DNA from: Nanohaloarchaea archaeon B1-Br10_U2g1
Lineage (GTDB): Archaea; Nanohalarchaeota; Nanosalinia; Nanosalinales; Nanosalinaceae
Assembly (NCBI GenBank): GCA_001563875.1
Contig: LKMN01000001.1
Coordinates: 1-64,000 of the forward strand
Length of the DNA: 64,000 nt
Reading direction: 5' to 3'
Below, one piece after another: positions 50,321 to 60,776 of this stretch. The notes under the pieces are model-generated. The model was not told where the DNA came from and ran no database searches. It saw nothing but the letters and a program-made list of their open reading frames with translations. Position 1 is the first letter of the stretch. Each line of letters begins with the position of its first letter. The translations under genes were made by a program, and so were the position numbers.

Positions 50321-51751
50321 ATGAAAGTATTAGCCGTGGTTCTAGTTCTTTTAGTTACTCCTTTGGCGGCGTCTGATGTCCAGTACGAAATAGAGATGGA
50401 GAAGGAATCAGCGTCTATCAACACTTCCATCGTTTCAGACTGTGAGAGTAACTGTCCTGGTTTTCAATGGCAGCTGCCTGAAGGAGCTGAAGTACTGTCC
50501 GTCGAAGATGGTTCAGGAGATATCGACTATACTGTTAATGGAGAGATACTGGAAATACAGGGAGAGATAGCAAACCAAGATAAAAGGACTGTAAAAATAC
50601 AGACAGAACTAGAAAAAGCCGCTGAAGAAGTATATGAAGGGTTATACGCTAGGACCTTTTCTCTACCCTCATTCGAAGAAGAAACCACGTCGGGTACAAT
50701 TAAAAATCCCGACATGGTCTCCGGATCCGTTTATTCCGGCTTCGAGACCTCTTTTGCTGAGGGAAAAGCCGAGTTTAAAGGCAAAGGTCCTGGAAACGCT
50801 GAAATAAACTTTGGTCAAGGCGAAAAAACAGAATATTACGAGTTCTTTGGTGAAAAACCAGAGGACGCTGATAGAGCATTCCAAATCGCTATGGGTGTTA
50901 CCGGTATTGAACCGGGTTTTGAACGGTTCCCTGTAGCTGTGATGCCAGACCAGATGTATGATGAGAAATTTGAGCCTTGGAGCGGAGGAACATACAGCTC
51001 CGGCCTTATAGCAATAAGAAAGGATACAGAAAACGATGAACTTCCCGTGTTGGCTCACGAGACAGCTCACGGACTAAACCATGAGAGACTTGGTTGGGAC
51101 CAAACATCTTCTGCATACTTTGATGAGGGAGTAGCGGAGTATGCAGAGTTCTTAACGGTTAAGAAACTTTTCAACGAGGGAGAAAGAGATGTGGGTCCTC
51201 GAGAACTGTTTGGGGGTACAGCGGAGTATGACCATCCTGATGATCCAAATAGGTTCTACGAAGTACCTCCCAATGGTGAAAAGAAAGACTTATGGAATTA
51301 CTATCAGGAAAACGATAACTTCATGAAAGAGTGGAGTCCCTCGAGTACCTCTGTTGACAGAAGTTTCGGATATGCCTATTCTCAACTTCTGGTACGCTAC
51401 CATCTTATGGAGAACGGTAGTTTAACAGATATCTACGAGGATATGCCTGAAAAAGAGATAGACAGTTACGAAGAGAAATGGGGTTTCTTTTCAGAAAGAA
51501 TGGAGATGGACCCTTGCAACTACAGCGATCGAGAACGGTTCGAGAACTGTATAGAGGACGTCAACAGCTATGAACACAGTATAGATCTAGCAGACTACAA
51601 CTTTGAATCGGGGAATCTGGATATAGATACCGTCGAACTTTCTGAACAGGAACAAAATAGGTCTGTTCAAAAGGAGAACTACCAAGAGAGTTATGGACTA
51701 ATATTCAAACATCTCCAAAATCTTTTTCAAGACTTAATAGACTTCTTTTAG
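50321..51751 (+). CDS. Secreted gluzincin-type zinc metallopeptidase
   Basis: Signal peptide; LAHETAH followed by FDEGVAEY and a downstream YAYS. Confidence 0.75.
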   Translation: MKVLAVVLVLLVTPLAASDVQYEIEMEKESASINTSIVSDCESNCPGFQWQLPEGAEVLSVEDGSGDIDYTVNGEILEIQGEIANQDKRTVKIQTELEKAAEEVYEGLYARTFSLPSFEEETTSGTIKNPDMVSGSVYSGFETSFAEGKAEFKGKGPGNAEINFGQGEKTEYYEFFGEKPEDADRAFQIAMGVTGIEPGFERFPVAVMPDQMYDEKFEPWSGGTYSSGLIAIRKDTENDELPVLAHETAHGLNHERLGWDQTSSAYFDEGVAEYAEFLTVKKLFNEGERDVGPRELFGGTAEYDHPDDPNRFYEVPPNGEKKDLWNYYQENDNFMKEWSPSSTSVDRSFGYAYSQLLVRYHLMENGSLTDIYEDMPEKEIDSYEEKWGFFSERMEMDPCNYSDRERFENCIEDVNSYEHSIDLADYNFESGNLDIDTVELSEQEQNRSVQKENYQESYGLIFKHLQNLFQDLIDFF

Positions 51752-52106
51752 CCTCTTTACTGTATTTGTAGCCTCCTAGATTATTTTTTCCTGTTAAGCG
51801 GTGGCAGGGCACAATTACAGGTAAGGGGTTTCTGCCGCATGCCTGTCCAACTGCGATAGGAGCAGTTCCAATATTTGAGGCTATCTCGGTGTAGCTCTTG
51901 GTCTTTCCATAAGGTATTGCTAAGATCTCGTTTATTACTTCGCCCGTAAAACCTTCTGAGGTCTCAAGCTCCAGCTTGAAATCTCTTCTGTTTCTTCTGA
52001 AGTATTCCCTGAGCTGTTTTACTGCTTCCTCCTCGGATTCCTTGATTAAGGAGATATCGAGCTCAAACTCAGTACCTCCGTAAGAGTATATCATTCTTTC
52101 CGTCAT
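51705..52106 (-). CDS. ogt: O6-methylguanine-DNA methyltransferase
   Basis: IPYGKTKSY, AVGQACGRNP..VPCHR; TATA position supports start at 52106. Confidence 0.92.
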   Translation of the reverse strand: MTERMIYSYGGTEFELDISLIKESEEEAVKQLREYFRRNRRDFKLELETSEGFTGEVINEILAIPYGKTKSYTEIASNIGTAPIAVGQACGRNPLPVIVPCHRLTGKNNLGGYKYSKEAKRSLLSLEKDFGDV

Positions 52107-52165
52107 GGAACTCTGTTTCGCCAGCATTTGTTTTAAACCCGTTTAGCACGGAAGAAGTAACTGTA

Positions 52166-53104
52166 ATGCAGGAAAGTCTACGTAAATGGCTGAGCCTATA
52201 CCTGAAAGGCTTTGCCATGGGAAGTGCAGATGCGGTTCCCGGGGTCTCAGGAGGCACTATAGCGTTAATACTAGGGATATATGAGAGAATGATAAATGCG
52301 GTTACATCGATCACCTCTCAAAGAGTTCTAGAGGCGTTGAACTTTGCTGAAATTTCGGAGGCCAAGAAATCATTCCGTGCCATGGATGGAGCTTTTCTTC
52401 TGGTGCTTGGTACAGGCATACTAACAGCAGTCGTATCTGTATTGAGATTGATGCAATTTCTTCTTACAAGCTATCCTGTACCGACTTACGGGTTTTTCTC
52501 CGGTCTTATAGCGTTCTCAGCTATTATTATGCTCTCCCAAGTAAATCTCTCTGGGTGGCGGCTAAAGTTGGTGGCCTTAACAGGTTTTTCTGTAGCATTT
52601 ATAGCTTCAGGTCTTTCTGCCGCAGATATGGGCCACTATCACCCTTTAATATTCTTTTCAGGTGTTTTGGCGGTGACAGCGATGGCTCTACCAGGAATTT
52701 CGGGTTCTCTTCTACTGATTGTTATAGGCCAGTATGAGTATATGTCGGGAGCTCTCACAGATTTTACAGATGCTTTCATACCGCTGATTTCAGGAGATTT
52801 CAGTCCTTTAATAGAAGCTTCTCCTCCTATAGCGTTCTTTATGCTCGGAGGTCTTGTCGGTCTTTTCACCGTAGCTCATTCTGTAAAGTGGTCCTTAGAA
52901 AGACATAGAGAAGCAACATATATTTTTCTGGTAGGCTTGATTGCGGGCGCTTTAAGAGCTCCTTTAGCTGAGGTAGAAAGAGTTATCACAGATACGAATC
53001 TTACTTGGATTCAGGTGCTCCCTGAGTTTACAGTAGCCGCTTCTTTAGGGGCTTTGATGATCTATGTAGTCTATTTCTTTTCGGATTCCGTTGATTATCT
53101 TTAG
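52166..53104 (+). CDS. DUF368 family membrane protein
   Basis: KGFAMGSADAVPGVSGGTIA, ALPGISGS. Confidence 0.9.
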   Translation: MQESLRKWLSLYLKGFAMGSADAVPGVSGGTIALILGIYERMINAVTSITSQRVLEALNFAEISEAKKSFRAMDGAFLLVLGTGILTAVVSVLRLMQFLLTSYPVPTYGFFSGLIAFSAIIMLSQVNLSGWRLKLVALTGFSVAFIASGLSAADMGHYHPLIFFSGVLAVTAMALPGISGSLLLIVIGQYEYMSGALTDFTDAFIPLISGDFSPLIEASPPIAFFMLGGLVGLFTVAHSVKWSLERHREATYIFLVGLIAGALRAPLAEVERVITDTNLTWIQVLPEFTVAASLGALMIYVVYFFSDSVDYL

Positions 53105-53676
53105 TATTTTTGCTCTCTTTCTCGTGCTTGTGCCAATGATCTCTTTATCTGTTCTTCAGCACCGCTTTCTACAGCATTTTCATGACCAGGATAGAAGCTC
53201 TCCACCTCTAGATTAGCTATTTCCTCTATAGATCTGATAAGGAGTTCTCTATCTCCTTCCTCTAGATCTGTCCTTCCGAAACTTCCTTTAGGAAAGATCA
53301 GGTCGCCCGTAAACAGGATTTTTGCTTCAGGGCTGTAAAGACAGATAGAGTCGTCTTTGTGGCCTGGTGTATGTATGACTTCGAACTCGAGGTCTGCGAT
53401 ATTTATATTTTCCTCGATTTTCTTGGCTTCTACGGGAAGATTCTCAGGTCTATAAGAATAGACTTCAGGACTGTACTTGTCCAGTATTTTTGGAAGATTG
53501 TCGACATGGTCGTAGTGTGAGTGTGTTACTACAACCTTGTCTATAGATTCCATCCTCTTTATCTGGTTCCAAACATCTCCTGTTCCCGCATCGACTAAAA
53601 CATTCTCTCCGTTTTGGATCATCCACACGTTACCAGTGAAGTCTTCAGCTCCCTCAGAAAGATTCTCTATATTCAT
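53101..53676 (-). CDS. MBL-fold metallo-hydrolase (glyoxalase II-like)
   Basis: THSHYDH, TPGH, FTGD, YPGH. Confidence 0.9.
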   Translation of the reverse strand: MNIENLSEGAEDFTGNVWMIQNGENVLVDAGTGDVWNQIKRMESIDKVVVTHSHYDHVDNLPKILDKYSPEVYSYRPENLPVEAKKIEENINIADLEFEVIHTPGHKDDSICLYSPEAKILFTGDLIFPKGSFGRTDLEEGDRELLIRSIEEIANLEVESFYPGHENAVESGAEEQIKRSLAQAREREQKY

Positions 53677-53712
53677 AATACTACGGTATTAAGTTTCAAG
53701 AGTAAAGTGTTT

Positions 53713-54954
53713 TTATCTTATCCTGTAACGCATGAGAGCGGCAATACCTCCCATATTCATGAGTCTCTGTCCTTCTTCATGGTCTGTTGAGATTATCTGG
53801 ATATCGCTAGACATTTCTTCAGCCTTCTCGGCCATGACGTCAATTATATCCTGCATCTCCTCTAGGTCCATATCTTCATTACACTCATCGCATTTGATGC
53901 TATCACTGATTTTTGGCTCCTTCTCATAAACCTGTTCTTCATGTCCGTTAGGACAGATATACTGTGCTTCATACATCTCTATATCTTCGGAAATCAGAAC
54001 GGTTTCGACCGCACCCATCTCCATAGCCTTCAAGACCTGTTTTAATCCGTATTCGGACTTTCCGTTCTCCTCTTTCAGGTTTTTCAGAAATTCGGTTACG
54101 TACTGTTTCTCTCTCACGGCTTCAGAGTCTTCTATTGCGTCTTCTGCTTTCTGAACGAGTTCGCTTAATGCTCCTTCTCCAGAGTGACCAAGTGATTCTG
54201 TAGTAATAATTCTGTCTTCTAGCTCTTGATGTAGGTATCCGTTGTCAACAAGCTTATCCTTAACAAATCCTGGGCCCCCAACAACTACACCAAGTAGTTT
54301 ATCTTCTCGGGCTTTATCTAGGAAAGCTTTCTTTGACTTGTCAGCAATCTCGTTGAGAAAAGTTTTCAACATCTGTTTACGTAGACGTGAGAAACGCTGA
54401 GCTGACTGTCCCCCTGCACGAGTTTTCCCCGGTACATTTGAATCCAGTGTATATGCCGTTTTAATACTAGAGCCTTGTAGATATCCTATTGCTGCCTCGC
54501 TTTTATCTGCGACGATTAAACCGTAGACACGGTCGTCCACAACCATGTTTTTCAGAGGTTCAAGTACGAACTCTTTGTCACACCTGTAACGTCGAGATTC
54601 AATGGGTTGAGGAGGTATTACCTGCCAGAGCTGGATGTCGGGCCGTCCTTCCTGTTCTGAAACGTTTCCTGAGAAAAATACTACTCCGTTCTCGGGTGTT
54701 ACAGGCTCTTCCTTCACTCTACGCCCAATCTTGTCTAAAGCAGCTTGAACGTTTTTCCGGGTATGTTTGGACTTAATGTTCTTGGCTTCTGAAGCCTCAG
54801 AAGTCACGAACTCGGATATTTTTGACATGTCGTAGCCCGCAGGAACGTAAAGACTGACCAACTCAGTATTCCTCCCTCTAATGTCATCAAGCTTCTTTAT
54901 CAGTCGTTTAAGCTGATATTTCGACATTTCTTGATGCTTTTCTTCTTGGCTCAT
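53713..54954 (-). CDS. prf1: Peptide chain release factor aRF1
   Basis: NIKS, YRCD, GGQSAQRF; ATG at 54954. Confidence 0.97.
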   Translation of the reverse strand: MSQEEKHQEMSKYQLKRLIKKLDDIRGRNTELVSLYVPAGYDMSKISEFVTSEASEAKNIKSKHTRKNVQAALDKIGRRVKEEPVTPENGVVFFSGNVSEQEGRPDIQLWQVIPPQPIESRRYRCDKEFVLEPLKNMVVDDRVYGLIVADKSEAAIGYLQGSSIKTAYTLDSNVPGKTRAGGQSAQRFSRLRKQMLKTFLNEIADKSKKAFLDKAREDKLLGVVVGGPGFVKDKLVDNGYLHQELEDRIITTESLGHSGEGALSELVQKAEDAIEDSEAVREKQYVTEFLKNLKEENGKSEYGLKQVLKAMEMGAVETVLISEDIEMYEAQYICPNGHEEQVYEKEPKISDSIKCDECNEDMDLEEMQDIIDVMAEKAEEMSSDIQIISTDHEEGQRLMNMGGIAALMRYRIR

Positions 54955-55054
54955 AAGGTATATTTGAATCAGGAATTCTTTTATTAACAAAGAAGATGTT
55001 TGGATCGCTTTTGAGGATTTGAGTTAAGGTGTATTTCTTCAGGAAACAAAGTTA

Positions 55055-55087
55055 TTTATAGTGTCGCTACTATAAAGTAACATATGA
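55055..55087 (+). promoter_or_regulatory. TATA box plus palindromic operator, copy 1
   Basis: TTTATA-G-TGTCGCTACTATAAAGTAACATATGA; 24/26 identical to 61620-61645. Confidence 0.7.
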
Positions 55088-55842
55088 AAGATATTTGTCG
55101 TTATCTGGGTGATAAGGAAGCTGATCTCTCATCTCCGGCATTAGAGGAAGTTAAGGAGGGATCTTATAGACAACAGTCTAAACAGTTCTATGATTACGTT
55201 GATTCCAATAATATTTATATAACGGATGAGTCTTTTTACCAAGAAAAAGATATACTTGAAGTTGTTCTTGTAGCTGCTGAAGAGAAAAAGGGGGCCATGA
55301 TGCGTGCCACCCTGCCTGATAGAGAACCTTTAAACCAGCAAATTGAATCTATCAATTCGGTTGGTGGTGACTGTTATGTCATCCCGAATACCGTGATGGT
55401 TGAAGGAGAAGAATGGGACAACTCAATAGTATACCTTACTAAGGACTATGATTACAGAAGTTTCTCAGATAAAGAGCTTCCTTTTGACAATGGAGCGCAC
55501 AAAGACCATAGAGGTTTGGGGGAGTTTTTCGGATATCCTGAGGAAGAAATTGAGGCCTACGCTGAACATGGTATGTGGCCCCACGGTTTTACTCAGGAAG
55601 ATAACTCTTTCGTACCTTTAGACTATGTTTCTGGTACAGAGCATGTTTTCCCGCCGTATTCTGCCGCTAAACAATATGGGGAGGATGAGGAAACTGTAAA
55701 GAAGGTTGAAAAGTTGACAAGCTATTCAGTAAGAGATAGTCCTGACTCTGTTGAAAAATTAGTTGATACAGCCGAGGATAGATACCGCAAACTTCAAAAT
55801 TTAGAAGAAGAATACGGTGTTGAGCTCACCAGCATGATTTAA
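55084..55842 (+). CDS. Hypothetical protein with LG.FFGYP motif (DUF483-like)
   Basis: LGEFFGYPEEEIEAY. Confidence 0.6.
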   Translation: MKDICRYLGDKEADLSSPALEEVKEGSYRQQSKQFYDYVDSNNIYITDESFYQEKDILEVVLVAAEEKKGAMMRATLPDREPLNQQIESINSVGGDCYVIPNTVMVEGEEWDNSIVYLTKDYDYRSFSDKELPFDNGAHKDHRGLGEFFGYPEEEIEAYAEHGMWPHGFTQEDNSFVPLDYVSGTEHVFPPYSAAKQYGEDEETVKKVEKLTSYSVRDSPDSVEKLVDTAEDRYRKLQNLEEEYGVELTSMI

Positions 55843-55846
55843 ATTT

Positions 55847-56599
55847 CTAATTTTCTATCCAGCCTTCCAGTTTTTCAAGTGATAAGAGCTGGTAGTCCGG
55901 GTCTTCTGTAAATATCTCCATACACCACGTACTGTTGAAGTCGTTCATCCGGTCTATTAGAGGTTGGAACTCGATCTCTGAGCTTCCTAAAGGTAGATGC
56001 ATGTCTCGTCCCTCACGCGTATCTGTAAGATGTAGGTGTGAGATTAAATGTGAGTATTCTTCTAGAAACTCTTCGGTTTCTTCCTGTCCTACTTCTGAGA
56101 AGGCATGTCCCGTGTCAAGACACATTGAGACTTCAAGTTCTTCCAGTAAAGGTCCTAGTTCAAACAGTTCAAGTCCTCTCCACTGTCCAAGATTTTCAAA
56201 ACAGACTTCTATACCGTGTTTCTCTCCTATCTCATCAAGTCTTTCTATCTGATCAGGAAGTCTTTCGATCTCATCTTCTGCGTCGTCGTAACGCATATCT
56301 GCGTGTGTAACAACTTTTTCTGCCCCTAGTTCCTTCGCGAATTTTATCATCCTTTCTTGGTACTCGAGTAAACCTTGGTTTATCTCAGGTACTGAAGTTG
56401 CTAAAGGCTGTTTAAAGGGAAGATGGATAGTTATTTCGAATTCTTTCTCTTCTAAAGCTTCTTTAACTTTTTCCGGTTGTATCTCCTCTACAGGTCTTTC
56501 ATGCTCTCCTATACCGAACTCAATGAAGTCGAACTCTTTAGGTGTGTTTTCTATGTGTTTTATGAGATCTCCTTCCGGCCCTAGACTTATTCCTTTCAT
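55847..56599 (-). CDS. Sugar phosphate isomerase/epimerase (AP endonuclease 2) TIM barrel
   Basis: IHLP, FENL, LDTGH, HLHLTD..DMHLPLG, MEI. Confidence 0.88.
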   Translation of the reverse strand: MKGISLGPEGDLIKHIENTPKEFDFIEFGIGEHERPVEEIQPEKVKEALEEKEFEITIHLPFKQPLATSVPEINQGLLEYQERMIKFAKELGAEKVVTHADMRYDDAEDEIERLPDQIERLDEIGEKHGIEVCFENLGQWRGLELFELGPLLEELEVSMCLDTGHAFSEVGQEETEEFLEEYSHLISHLHLTDTREGRDMHLPLGSSEIEFQPLIDRMNDFNSTWCMEIFTEDPDYQLLSLEKLEGWIEN

Positions 56600-59181
56600 T
56601 TGATGATCACTACTGTTTCCTCTGTTTCTACCATTTCTCCTTCACCTTTAAACACTCTCTCGCGTTCAACTTTGTACATCTCCGGCTTTAGGTGTTCGTC
56701 TGCGACTTCAAGTCTTCCATCTAGTAGATTCCACTCGTTGTTCTCAAGTGCTTCCTCAATCTCTCCTACCTTGTTACCGTACTCCGGCCCTGCCTTGGAG
56801 TAGTCCAGCTTTATCCTTGTTATCTTGTCCTCTGTTTCTGGCTCTCCTTCACAGACTTCAAGGTTTTCAACATGCATGACCTCTTCTACGGCTTCAGTGA
56901 ACTCTTCTATATCTCCGTACACCTCTACCTGTCCAAGTTTCTCTGTTGGAGCCATCTGGTTCTCTGATTTATAGCCTCTTAGTGCAGAGATAACTTCCAT
57001 AGCTCTCTCACCTTTCTCTAGGTCTGCGTCAACCTCTAAAGGTTCAGGCCATTCCGACCTGTGGATACTGACAGCCTCGTCGTACATATCGTACCATAAC
57101 TCTTCTGTTATATGTGATAGGAAAGGCGCAAACAGTTTTAGGAATACTTTGTGACATCTCTGAAGAGTGTACTCTGTTGAAGGATTTCCTTCCTCTTCAA
57201 GTCTCTGCTTCGCGATTTCCAGGTAGTTGTCGCAGAACGTGTTCCAGAACACGTATCTTAACCGGTCTCGGGCTTTTGCGAACTCGTAGTTCTCCATTTT
57301 CTCTGTTGTGAACTCTACTAGTTCGTCTAGTTCTCCGAGCATCCATCTGTCAAGTTCTTCAAGCTCGTCTTTCTCTACTGTCCCGGACTCTGGCACCAGC
57401 ATCTCTACAAGTTTTGATGCGTTCCAGAGCTTTCTCATCAGTTTCTCTCCAGCCCGTAGTTCTTTTTCCTTGAACGGGAAGTCGTCTCCGACGCTGGAAC
57501 CTGCTGCCCAGTAACGTGCTGCGTCAACAGGGAACTCCTCCAAAACTTCTGCAGGTGATACTACGTTTCCTTTTGATTTGCTCATCTTTTCACGGTTCTC
57601 GTCCAGTACGTGGCCGTGGTTCATAACCTGTCTGAATGGTACTTCTCCAGTATGTTCGTAACATTTGACAACGGTGTGGAACAGCCAGAACGTTATGATA
57701 TCATGACCTTCCGGTCTCAGGTCAAACGGGTATAGCTCCGGCCTTTCCATAGAGAAACCATCGTCATAGTCCCATTGAGCGTTTATTAAAGGTGTTAAGG
57801 AGCTTGTTGCCCATGTGTCGAACACGTCTTCTTCCGGTCTGAACTCGGTTGATCCGCATTCAGAACACTCTTCTACTGACGGCTCGTCCTCTATAGGGTC
57901 TACAGGTAACTTTTCTTTTTCTGCGATTACTTCTTTGTTACATTCTTCGCAGTACCATACAGGGAAAGGTATTCCGGAGTCTCTCTGCCGGGAGATACAC
58001 CAGTCCCACTGTAGTCCTTCAATCCAGTGTTTGTAGCGTGTAAACATTTTTTCCGGGTACCACTCCATCTGTTCTCCGGCTTTTAGGTACTCTTCTTTCT
58101 TATCCAGTAGTTTGATGTACCACTGCTCTTTAACCAAGAACTCTACAGGTGTATCACATCTTTCGTGTGCCTGTACAGTATGCTGGATCTGTCGGGAGTC
58201 AAGCAGTACTCCCTCTTGTTCTAAGTCTTCAATAATTTTCTCTCTGGCTTTTTCGGTGCTTAAGCCTTCGTAGTCTCCGGCTTCTTCTGTCATTGTTCCG
58301 GATTCGTCTATAGCAAGTTTCAGATCTAGGTCATGTGCTTGATACCATTCGATATCGTTTTGGTCTCCGAAGGTACAGCACATAACGATTCCGGAGCCTG
58401 TGTCCATGTCAACTCTTTCATCCTCGATTATCGGTACTTCCTGTCCAAACAGAGGTACTCTAGCTTTTTTACCGACTAGTTCCTGGTTTTCTTCGTCTTC
58501 TGGATGTACAAATACTGCTACACAAGCCGGTAGGAGCTCTGGCCGTGTTGTTGAGATAATGAAGCTGTCTCCGTCAACGACTTCGAATCTGATATCGTTA
58601 AAACGTCCTTGTTTATCTAAGTCTTCTGACTCAACCTGGCTTATAGCTGTCTCACATTCAGGACACCAGATTGCAGGTCCTTTTTCTCTGTATTCCCGGT
58701 CTTTCTCGTATAGGTCGATGAATGATAGCTGTGAAATTCTCTGTACTCGGGGCTCTATAGTCTTGTATGTGTTTTCCCAGTCATGGCTGATTCCTAGGCT
58801 TTGCATGTTTTCTGTGAACTGGTTTTCGTACTCCAGACATACTTTTCGGCATTTTTCCTGGAACTCTCTGCGTGTGTAGTCCTGATGTCTTATATCTAGC
58901 TCTGATTCGGTTAAACGTTCTGAGGCGATCCCGTTGTCGTCGTAGCCGAAAGGCTGGAACACTTTCTTTCCCCGCATTCTCTGGAATCGTGCCATAAAGT
59001 CTTGGAGCGTCTGCCCGTATAGATGACCCATATGGAGGCTTCCTGAAACTGTTGGTGGGGGCGTGTCTATAGAGAATACTTCGTCTCCTGTAAGGTTTTC
59101 GTATACATAAGTGTTGTTTTCAACCCAGCTCTGTTGCCATTTTTCTTCTACTTGTTCGGCTTTGTAATCTCCTTCCGGCAT
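56596..59181 (-). CDS. valS: Valine--tRNA ligase
   Basis: DTPPPTVSGSLHMGH, DWCISRQR, KMSKS. Confidence 0.96.
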   Translation of the reverse strand: MPEGDYKAEQVEEKWQQSWVENNTYVYENLTGDEVFSIDTPPPTVSGSLHMGHLYGQTLQDFMARFQRMRGKKVFQPFGYDDNGIASERLTESELDIRHQDYTRREFQEKCRKVCLEYENQFTENMQSLGISHDWENTYKTIEPRVQRISQLSFIDLYEKDREYREKGPAIWCPECETAISQVESEDLDKQGRFNDIRFEVVDGDSFIISTTRPELLPACVAVFVHPEDEENQELVGKKARVPLFGQEVPIIEDERVDMDTGSGIVMCCTFGDQNDIEWYQAHDLDLKLAIDESGTMTEEAGDYEGLSTEKAREKIIEDLEQEGVLLDSRQIQHTVQAHERCDTPVEFLVKEQWYIKLLDKKEEYLKAGEQMEWYPEKMFTRYKHWIEGLQWDWCISRQRDSGIPFPVWYCEECNKEVIAEKEKLPVDPIEDEPSVEECSECGSTEFRPEEDVFDTWATSSLTPLINAQWDYDDGFSMERPELYPFDLRPEGHDIITFWLFHTVVKCYEHTGEVPFRQVMNHGHVLDENREKMSKSKGNVVSPAEVLEEFPVDAARYWAAGSSVGDDFPFKEKELRAGEKLMRKLWNASKLVEMLVPESGTVEKDELEELDRWMLGELDELVEFTTEKMENYEFAKARDRLRYVFWNTFCDNYLEIAKQRLEEEGNPSTEYTLQRCHKVFLKLFAPFLSHITEELWYDMYDEAVSIHRSEWPEPLEVDADLEKGERAMEVISALRGYKSENQMAPTEKLGQVEVYGDIEEFTEAVEEVMHVENLEVCEGEPETEDKITRIKLDYSKAGPEYGNKVGEIEEALENNEWNLLDGRLEVADEHLKPEMYKVERERVFKGEGEMVETEETVVIIK

Positions 59182-59473
59182 AGTTTTAGTTCAGCTCCTG
59201 TTTTAAACCGGTCAAGGTATTCTTAAATGGGTTTTTCAAAGCTTGAAACCTGGTTCTGCTTGTTGTTTTTGTTTTCATAGAAAACCTTTGAGAGGTATAA
59301 ATTAGAGTTTTAGACTGAAGGCTGTGATAATCAGTTTCCGATTTTTGGGTGTACAAAGCGGCCACCCTTGATTGCCTTCAAAATCATGAATTGAAGTTGT
59401 TTGAGGATTGTTAAAAGTTCTTTGAAAAGACAAGATAAAGTTGTGATATATAAGTAACAAAACCTTTTTATGT

Positions 59474-60772
59474 ATGGGCGCACCATTACTAAGTATGACA
59501 GAAGAAAACCTTAACTTCGGCGAATACGAAACCAATATCGTACAACTAAGCGACACAGAGCTTGATGGAGTACCTTACGATGAAATCGCCGAGAATTATG
59601 GCGAAGGAGAAGCAGACGCTTTTGTCTACGCGGGAGACGCATCCAAGAAACAAGGTAATGACGTGATATCCCCCGAAGAGTATCTTGAGCAGTTCGAAGA
59701 GACATATGAAGATCTTTCCAAGATACAGGAAGAAACAGACACAGAAGTTCTTGTAGAACCAGGGAATCATGCTCCTATAGCGGGAGCTCACACCCCATGG
59801 AATGACGAGGAAGACATCGATACAAAATACGTCGAAGAAGTTGAAACTTTACTAGAAGACGAATATGAGGAGTTCGCTGACTACGATGGAAACTCATTTG
59901 AGTTCTTAGCAGAAGAATACAATTTAACTAATATTGAATATAATTCAGTGGAAGTCGGAGACCTAACCATTATTGGCGGAACACACCATGACGGAGAGAT
60001 GGAGAAAATAATTGAAAAAGAGTGGCTGGAAGAAACTCCGGGACTTGAAGAACTGGGATATGATACAGAGGAACTGGCTGAGGAAATTGAGGTAGATAAT
60101 AGCTATGATGGGATACTTTCAGACGTTCCTATTGTAGGAAACATACTAGACTACTTCTTGGGAGAGACCCGAAACCCTGAACCTGAAGAGATAACTTTAG
60201 AAGACGTCCCTGAAGATTATGGAATGACAGAAATTCACCAAAATTTAGAAGAAGCGCTTGAACTGAAGAATTATTTTGAAGAGTCCATAGAAAACGCAGA
60301 CACCGACATATACCTTACACACCACGGAGCACCAACATCAACAGCAGGAGAGTACGGCTCAGCAGTAGTAGACAACATAGTGGACAACTATTCTGATGAA
60401 ATAGCAATAGTTGGAGGAGGACATACAGGATCCGCAGGAATAGACGAATACCAAGAAACACCAGTGTTCAACACCAATTATGGAGCAGTAGCAGAAATAG
60501 GATATCAGAAAGGAGAGGTAGTATATAGCGATATCTACAACAAGTCAGAACAGGGCCAAGCCAGCATAGATGATCTAAGTGACGAAGAACTGATAAGACA
60601 AACGGTGCCATTAATGGCTCAAACAGGAGGTCCCGAAAAGTTCTATGAAAATATGGGCCAACTACCTGATGCAGCAAAAAATAGATTAGACGAACTTAGA
60701 CCTCAGATAGAGGAAGAGTGGGAAAATTTGCAGAACACTGTTCCGGAATCGATAGAGCCTCAAAGAGCCTAA
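59474..60772 (+). CDS. Very acidic calcineurin-like metallophosphoesterase-fold protein (partly degenerate)
   Basis: QLSDTE, YAGD, EPGNH, LTHH, GGHTG; start may be 59495. Confidence 0.6.
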   Translation: MGAPLLSMTEENLNFGEYETNIVQLSDTELDGVPYDEIAENYGEGEADAFVYAGDASKKQGNDVISPEEYLEQFEETYEDLSKIQEETDTEVLVEPGNHAPIAGAHTPWNDEEDIDTKYVEEVETLLEDEYEEFADYDGNSFEFLAEEYNLTNIEYNSVEVGDLTIIGGTHHDGEMEKIIEKEWLEETPGLEELGYDTEELAEEIEVDNSYDGILSDVPIVGNILDYFLGETRNPEPEEITLEDVPEDYGMTEIHQNLEEALELKNYFEESIENADTDIYLTHHGAPTSTAGEYGSAVVDNIVDNYSDEIAIVGGGHTGSAGIDEYQETPVFNTNYGAVAEIGYQKGEVVYSDIYNKSEQGQASIDDLSDEELIRQTVPLMAQTGGPEKFYENMGQLPDAAKNRLDELRPQIEEEWENLQNTVPESIEPQRA

Positions 60773-60776
60773 TGAT

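Noticed and set aside
59182-59473. Long intergenic region as ncRNA, origin or CRISPR leader
   Set aside because: Only weak imperfect palindromes and no repeat-spacer pattern; divergent promoters explain it
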